From the NCBI GenBank assembly GCA_028826165.1, contig JAPDFW010000056.1:557627-621626 (forward strand): a stretch of 64,000 nucleotides of DNA, read 5' to 3'. Position 1 is the first letter of the stretch. Every line of letters begins with the position of its first letter. This DNA comes from Anaeramoeba ignava BMAN. Its lineage: Eukaryota; Protista; Anaeramoebae. The notes beneath the pieces were generated by a model. It was not told the DNA's origin and did no database searches. It saw only the letters and a program-made list of their open reading frames with translations. Positions 56,028-64,000 of this stretch are shown here, piece by piece. The position numbers were made by a program, and so were the translations under genes.

Positions 56028-56663
56028 TATTTATTTTTATTTTGAAAAAAAATGAAAAAAAAATGAAATTGAATTATTAAATATTTAATTTAATTTAAAT
56101 ATTTGATTTAATTTGATTTAATTTAATTTAAATATTTGATTTAATTTAATTTGATTTAATTTAAATATTTGATTTAATTTAATTTGATTTAATTTAAATA
56201 TTTGATTTGATTTGATTTAATTTAATTTAATTTGAATTAATTTAATTTGATTTAATTTGATTTGATTTAATTTGATTTAAATATTTGATTTAATTTGATT
56301 TGATTTGATTTAATTTAATTTAATTTAAATATTTGATTTAATTTAGATATTTGATTTAATTTAAATATTTGATTTGATTTAAATATTTAATTTGATTTAA
56401 TTTAATTTAATTTGATTTGATTTAATTTGATTTGATTTAAATTTTTTTCATTTTTTTATTTTTCATTTTTCAATTTTTTTATTCTTTAAATTGTCGGTTT
56501 AAAATTTAGTTTATAAAATCCAATAAAAAAAACCTTTTTTTTTTTGCATTTGGTTTTTTTTTTAAAATTCAAATTGAAGAGAAATTAAAATTAAAATTAA
56601 AATTAAAATAAACACAAAAACAAAGATAAAAAGAAGAAATTTAAACTTAAAATAAAAAGAAAA

Positions 56664-59470
56664 ATGGGAAATCAAAACATTTTTGAACTTATTGAAACTG
56701 GAAATTTAAAGAAAATTCAAGCAATTTCAAAAAGAGGAAGGATTGATTTTGAAAAAAAAAATAAAGTAAAAAAAAACAAAAAAAATTTTTTTCAATAATA
56801 AAAATCAATACGTATATATTTTTATTTTATATTTATTTTATTTTTTATTATATTTTAATATTAATTTTAAATTAGGATGTAAACAAAAAAATTTGTTTTT
56901 AAAGATATTAAATTTAATAAAATTTTGTAATTAAATTAAATTAAAATAAATTAAAATAATTTTTTATTAAAGGGTTTACCACTTTTACATTTTGCAATTC
57001 TTAAACAAAAAATTCAAATTATCCAAGAATTAATAACATTAGGGGCAAATGTTAATTCTATTGGAACTTGTGTAATATTTAGAATTATTTCAAAAGAATT
57101 ACATTTGATTAAATTTTAAAAAATATTTTCAATTCATTTTTTATATTTATTTATTTGTATATTTTTTATAGGGAGATACTCCTTTACATTTTAGTTCTAA
57201 ATTAGCAAATGTTAATATTACAAAACTTTTAATTTCATCAGGTGCAAATGTTGTTCAAAATAAAGTATAAATTTATGAATAAATTTATTGGAAATATTTA
57301 TTTAAATTATTATTTTTTGGTTTTAATTAGTTTGTAATAAAAATAAAAATATAATTATTAAAAATATTAAAAATATTAAATTTATTAAAAATATTATTAA
57401 GGGATTAACACCACTTCATTATTCTTGTGATAATCCTAATTGTTGCACAGAATTAATCAAAATTTTAGTTAAAAATGGAGCTGATGTTAATGGAGAAACA
57501 AAAACTGTAAAATAATAAATAAATAAATAATTAATAAATAATAATAATAATTAAATAATTAAATAAAAAGGGTTGGCGTCCACTTCATACAGCTTCATTA
57601 AATTGTTCAAATAAAATTATTAGTTATTTAATTGGATTAGGAGCTGATGTTAATGAAAGAGATTATTTAGTATTTTTTATGATTTATTAAGAATTATTAA
57701 TATTTATTTTGAAATAATTTTTAATTTATTATTAAGGGATTAACACCTTTACATTATTGTGCTCAAAGTGGAAATATTACTGCAGCATCTGAATTATTAA
57801 AAAAAGGAGCAAATATTAATGCTATTGATATAAATGTTTTATATAAAATTAAAATCAAAAAAAATAATAATTAAATTTATTTCTAATTTTGTAAATCAAT
57901 TTTTTAACAAAAAAAAAAAGATGAATACACCATTATTAATTGCATGTGGAAGTAATATTCAAAAACCATTTATTGATTTACTTATTCGTTTTAAGGCAAA
58001 TGTAAATGCACAAGATAAAGATGTAAACTTAAAATTAAAATTAAAATTAAAATTTAAATCTAAATTAAAATTAAAATTTAAATCTAAATTAAAATTAAAA
58101 TTAAATTTAAAATTAAAATTAAATTTAAAATTTAAAATTAAAATTAAAATCAAAATTAAAATTTAAAATTATTTTATTTAAGGGTTGGACATCAATACAT
58201 AAAGCTGTAGTTCGTAGAAGACAAGATATTATTTTAGTTTTATTAAAAAAACATGCTGATGGAAATTTAGCTAATAATGATCAAAAAACACCATTACAAC
58301 TTGCATTGGAATATAGAGATAAAAATAGTGTTAAATTATTAACTTCATGGTCAAAACATCAACTTAAAAAAAAACAAAAATTAGATGCAATTGCTTTGAA
58401 AAAAAATGTTTTAAAAAAGCAAGTAATTCAACCAACATCACAAAAAAAACCAATAAAAACTTATCGAAAAGCATCAAATATTCAAAGATCAATTTCTGAA
58501 AATGATTTAATTGAAATTATTGATGAAAAACAAGAAGAAGATTTAACAGAAAAAGATTTATTAGAAAAAGATGATTTATCAGAAAAGGAAAATTTAACTG
58601 AAAATGAAACAGAAACAGAAAGTGAAAATGAAAATGAAATTTCAAATGAAATTGAAATTGAAAATTCAAACGAAATTGAAAATTCAAATGAAAATTCAAA
58701 TGAAAATGAAACAGAAAGTGAAATTGAAAATTCAAATGAAAATGATTTTTCATCTGAAGCTGATGATATTTTTAATGAAAATACTGATAAACCTAAACAT
58801 AAATCTAAACATAAGCTTTCTCTTGTTTCAAGTCAAAGTTTTGAAATCAAAAGAGAAGATAGTGATTTAACTGATTATTTAATTGATCATATTAATAGTG
58901 AAAATGATGAAAGTTATTTTAATTCTTTATCTGAAAAAGAAGATAATGAAACTGATGAAAATAATGATATTGAAACTGATGAAAATATTCAAAATAATCA
59001 AAATAATCAAAATAATCAAAATAATCAAAATAATCAAAATAATCAAAATAATCAAAATATTCAAAATAATGAAATTCAAAAAATAAAACAAAATATTCAA
59101 ATTAATTTAATCAGGATTCACACAAGAAGCAAAAGTCAAACTGAAAACCGAAATCAATTTGAAAATCAAAATCAAAACGAAAACGAAAATGAAAATCAAA
59201 ATCAAAATCAAAATCAAAATCAAAATCAAAATCAAAATCAAAATCAAAATCAAAATTTAAATCAAAATCAAAATCAAAATCAAATTCAAAATCAATTTGA
59301 AAATGAAAACGAAAATCAAAATCAAAATCAAAATCAAAATCAAAATCAAAATCAAAATCAAAATCAAAATCAAAATCAAAATCAAAATCAAAATCAAAAT
59401 CAAAATCAAAATCAAAATCAAAATCAAAATCAATTTGAAAAAGATCAAAAAATTCTCATTTCAAATATTT

Positions 59471-59472
<2 letters not shown>
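56664..59472 (+). CDS. Ankyrin-repeat protein (~8 repeats) with acidic/NQ tail; exons 56664-56765, 56876-78, 56973-57071, 57172-57264, 57331-33, 57402-57506, 57571-57669, 57737-57835, 57921-58022, 58183-59472
   Basis: Exons begin GLPLLH, GDTPLH, GLTPLH, GWRPLH, GLTPLH, MNTPLL, GWTSIH and most end GA(D/N)VN.... All introns are phase 0. Includes two 3-nt exons (GAT, TTT). Confidence 0.85.
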
Positions 59473-59504
<32 letters not shown>

Positions 59505-59990
59505 ATAATTTTTTTTTGATAATTTAAAAATGTTTAATTTTGTAACTATTTTCACTTTCAAGATTTAGTTAAATATAAACTTTCAAAAAGCCAAAAATCC
59601 AAAAATTAAAAATTAAAAATTAAAAATCAAAAATTGAACTTTTTATAAAAATCAAAAATTAAAAAGTTAAAAATAATAATTTAAATCAAAGTCATTTTCT
59701 TATTTAATTTGATTTTATATTGGCAAAAATACTTTTTATAAAATCAAATTCAAAAAATTCAAAAAGAGAAGAAGAAAAATTAAAATTATTTTTCTTATTC
59801 AATTCTATTTTTATTATTAAATTCTTATATGTTGTTGTTTTGTTTTTTTTTATTAGAAAGAAAATTAAGAATTTGATAATAAAAAATAATTGTTTTTTTT
59901 TTTCTTTTTAAAAAATAAAAATTTCATTTTTTCATTTTTCATTTTTTCATTTTGTTTTGAAAAATAAATAAATAAAAAAATTAATTAGAA

Positions 59991-62105
59991 ATGGATGCTT
60001 TATTGTTTAATTTTTTTGAAGAAGATGAAAGAATTGAAACTCTTGATGAATATGATGATGATAAATTTAATGTAAAAAAAAAAATAATTGAAAAAAATTT
60101 TAATTTATTTTTTATATTAATAATAAAATAGTCAGCTTTAGATTTTTTTGAAGCAATTGATGATAAAAAATCATTTGAAGAATTAGATGAAATTTTAAAA
60201 AATGGATCTGATGTTAATTCAGTTAATGTAAATAAAATTAAAAAAACAAACAAACAAAGGAAAAACATTTTTATTTTATATTTTTGTTATTGATTAATTT
60301 AGGAAGTAAATTAAAATTAAAATTAAAATTAAAATTTATTATTTATTAGAATGTAATTTAATTTAATTTAATTTAATTTAGAATTTGATTATTAAAATGT
60401 TTTAAAAAAAACCTTTTCTTTTTTTTAGTTTGAAACACCTTTATTTTATGTCATTTCAAAAAAAATGAATTTGGAAATGATTAAATATCTTTGTGATAGA
60501 AATGCAAATTTATTTTTTACTAATAATTGTAATGAAAATGCTTTACATTATGCTTTAAAATTTAATTTATCAATTGATATTATTCAATTTTTAATTTCCA
60601 AGAAAATTGATATAAATGCTCAAAATGTAAAAATATTAAATATTAAATATTAATAATTAAATATTAATAATTAAATATTTAGCAAGTAATTATAATAAAT
60701 AAAAGAAAAAGGAAATTGTTTTTATTTTAAAATTTAAATTTAGCAAGTAATTATTATTATTATTATTAATTTAATATGATAAAAATATGAAAAATAAATT
60801 TAAAATTTATATTATGTTTATATTATATTACATTTTATAATTTAAAGAAAGAAACAGTTTTACATATTGAATTAGATAAAAGTAAGCCAAATATTGAAAT
60901 TATTAAATTATTAATTGAATCTGGTGCAAATTTAGATTTACTTGATGTATATATTTTTCTAATTTTTTTAGATTAAATTTTAGTAACAAAACAATTTATT
61001 ATTTATTTTTTAGAAAGTAAATAATTTTTCATTTAAAATATCATTTTAATTCATTTCTTATTTATTAATATTTATTAATATTTTGTTTTTAAAAAAAAAA
61101 GGATGTATTTTTAAAATTAAAATTTATTTTAATTAAATTTAATTTAATTATTTTATTTCCTTTTAAAGAAAAACACACCTTTACATTTAGCTTTAATTAA
61201 AAACGTTTCAGATGAAATTATTAAACTTTTACTTTCAAAAGTGAAAAACTTTGATATTAAAAATGTAATAATATTATTAATAAAAATAAAATTTGAATTT
61301 ATTAATAAATATTAATATAGGAAGTAAAAAAAACAAGATATACCTTTATATTTATTTAATATTTATTTATTTATTTATTAATTATCTAGATGGTAAATAA
61401 TAATTTTTATTTTTATTTATTTAAATTTTTTGGAAATAATATTAAATTTTTAATAGGAAGAAGATTACTTATCATTATCAATAAGAAACAATTCATTAGA
61501 ACATGTTGAAATGATTCTTCAATTTCAAACTGATTTAGAATACAATAATAAAGTATAAAGAAAATAGAATTTTATATTTATATTTATATTTATATTTTAA
61601 AATTTGTTAATTTAACTTAAAAGAGGAGTTATTTAACTTTTGCAATTTTTTCAGGTTGTTCAATTGAAATTATTGAGAAATTAATTGAAAAAGGAATGGA
61701 TATTAATGCAGAAGATGTATATAATAATTTCTTTTTTATTTCTTTTAAATTTCTTTTAAATTTCTTTTAAATTTATAACAAAAAATTAAATAATAGAAAG
61801 TAATTTTATTTATAATAAATTTATATCAAAATATTAAATCTAAATAATATCAATTTAGTTTGGTGATTTCCCAGTTCTTTTAGCTTGCAAACATGAGGAA
61901 TATAAAAAACTTCTTGATTTATTATTTAATAAGGGAATTGATGATATAAAAATTTCAAATGTAAAATTTTCATTTTTCATTTTTTTCATTTTTAAAATGA
62001 TTAAAACTTTTTAATTAAATTAGAATGTAAATATTTAAAAACAAATATAAATTTTTTTTTAAAAAATTAAAATTGATTTTGTTTTTGTTATTAGGCAGTA
62101 AAAAA

Positions 62106-62138
<33 letters not shown>

Positions 62139-64000
62139 CAAAACAAGAATTTAATTTTTATAAATTTATAGAATGAAAATATTCTTCATTTATTAATTAA
62201 TGATCATCCAAATGATCCATTAATTGATGAATTATTAGATAAAGGATTTGATATTAATCAACAAGATGTAATTATTATTTATTTATAAATTTTTTTATAT
62301 TTATTATATTTATTATATTTATTATATATTTTTAAAAAAATAGGTTATTGTAAATTAATTTTAAAGAAAGCAAAACAGATTTTTATTTTTTAATTTTTAA
62401 TTTTTAATTTTTAATTTTTTAAGGGTCGAACAATTCTTCATGTTGAATTACAAAATTCAAGAAATATTGAAAGAATTAAAAAATTAATTAAATTAGGAGC
62501 TGATTTAAATTTACAAGATGTAAATAATATTATTAATATTATCACAAAAAAAAAGATAATTTTAGAAAGAGTTTAATGAAAAAAAATAATAATTGAAATG
62601 AAAAATTAGAAAGTAAAAAAAGAATTAATTTAATTTAATTTAATTTCTTTTAATTTATATTTCTTTTAAATTTTATATTTTAAAGCCAGTAAAATTTAAA
62701 TTTAAATCTTGAAGTAAAAATAATTATATTTATATTTAATATATTTCTCTTTAAGAAACGAACACCTTTTCATTATTTATGTTTTCAACCTTTAGATTTA
62801 GAAATTTTTAATCTTTTTATAGAAAATGGAGCAAATATAAGTATAACTGATGTAAGTAAAAATAAATTATATTTATATTTATATTTATATTTATATTTAT
62901 ATTTATATTTATATTAGAGTGTAAATTTAAGAAATGATTTTATTAATAATATTGATTTATATTTTGTTTATTTTATTAAAAATTTAGCAAGTATTTTTTA
63001 TTTTTCTATTATTATAATTATAAACTAATTAAATAATAAATAAATAAATAAAAAGATTAATTCGCCACTTATTTACATATTAATGAAAAACAGTGATATA
63101 GAACTTATAAAAAGATCAATTAATGAATTTATGAAAACAAAAGAATATCAAGAAAGTGAAGAAAAATCTGTAAGAAATATCAACAAAAAAAATTATTTAA
63201 GTAATTAATAAAATAAAATAAAATTCTTTAAACAAAAAAGTATGTAAAATTTAATTAAATTTAATTATTTTATTTTATTAATTGATTTTAAAACAAAAAA
63301 AGTATGTAAAACTGAATAAAATTAATTTGAATTTAAATTAAATTATTTATTTTGGAAATTAAAATAGTGGACAAAATTATTGTCAACAGTTATATCTAAT
63401 AAAGATACAACACCTGAAATTATTCAATTCTTTGTTGATACTGGAGCAGATTTAAGTGATCAATATTATGTTAGTATTTCATAAATTAATTTAATTTAAT
63501 TTAAAAAAATAATAATAATAATATAAAAAATTATTTCCATTTTCTTTTTTCAAAATTTAGTATGGTGAATCAATAATATGTCAAGCAATTAGAGCAGGAC
63601 AAAATATATCAGTTATTAAAAAATTGTTGAGTTTTAATTTAGAATTGAATCCAAAAGAATATGTTTGATTTTATTTATAAGAAAAAAGAGATAAAATTGA
63701 ATTTTTATTGATTCAAATTTAAATTAATAAAAACTTAGTCATCTCCATCTCCTATTTATGTTGCAATTGAACAATGTCCTGAAAATAATGATTTAATTAA
63801 ATTATTAATTGAAGCAGGTTGTGATGTTAATAATAGAAATGTAAATAATAATATTTCTTTTTTTGATTTAATTAAAAAATTATTATTCTTATTTAGTATG
63901 GTTACTCTGGTTTTGAAAAAGCTTTAATAAATGACGAAGTTTCTATTGAAACTATAAAATTATTAATTGAAGCAGGTGGTGATTTAAATGCGAAAGTAAA
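59991..64000 (+). CDS. Long ankyrin-repeat protein (>=16 repeats, runs off window) with 17 three-nt and one six-nt microexons
   Basis: Main exons 59991-60071, 60132-60227, 60429-60626, 60848-60946, 61169-61264, 61457-61552, 61624-61716, 61859-61960, 62172-62267, 62424-62519, 62756-62851, 63056-63169, 63368-63469, 63561-63662, 63739-63840, 63897-63995. All are multiples of 3, mostly one ankyrin repeat each. Confidence 0.85.

Noticed and set aside
58517-59527. KI-, IL- and MK-rich short ORFs (also 17297-17608, 55053-55359)
   Set aside because: Alternate-frame readings of simple repeats.
62564-62572. AG-AAAGA-GT candidate microexon
   Set aside because: Five nt would break the frame, and the loop is already completed by AAA 62610 and CCA 62686.

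Overview
An extremely AT-rich eukaryotic (protist) window with GT-AG introns, N/Q-rich proteins and large AT satellites. Its gene style (many BTB, RCC1-BTB, BTB-TLDc and ankyrin genes) suggests an Anaeramoeba-like anaerobe, which is an inference. Recognisable genes: calreticulin (5' part), a GATAD1-like GATA-finger factor, a secreted DNA/RNA non-specific endonuclease, an FG-GAP/FN3 surface protein (disrupted), a TSET subunit TSAUCER/TASH3-like protein, neurofibromin (one frameshift), Fe-SOD, a USP40/47-like deubiquitinase, five BTB-family genes and two ankyrin-repeat genes. The outstanding feature is extensive use of single-codon (3-nt) exons. (1) The apparent 108-bp satellite at 36.0-39.9 kb reads on the minus strand as 37 near-identical introns separated by variable codons (33 intact AG-NNN-GT). 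With three more cassettes at 40.07-40.22 kb, it spells a stop-free Lys-rich C-terminal tail for the BTB gene at 41551. (2) The two ankyrin genes at 56.7-64.0 kb carry 19 three-nt and one six-nt microexons that supply the variable beta-hairpin residues of the repeats. Several homopolymer-associated frameshifts suggest residual consensus errors. All splicing calls are read from DNA only and need RNA confirmation.
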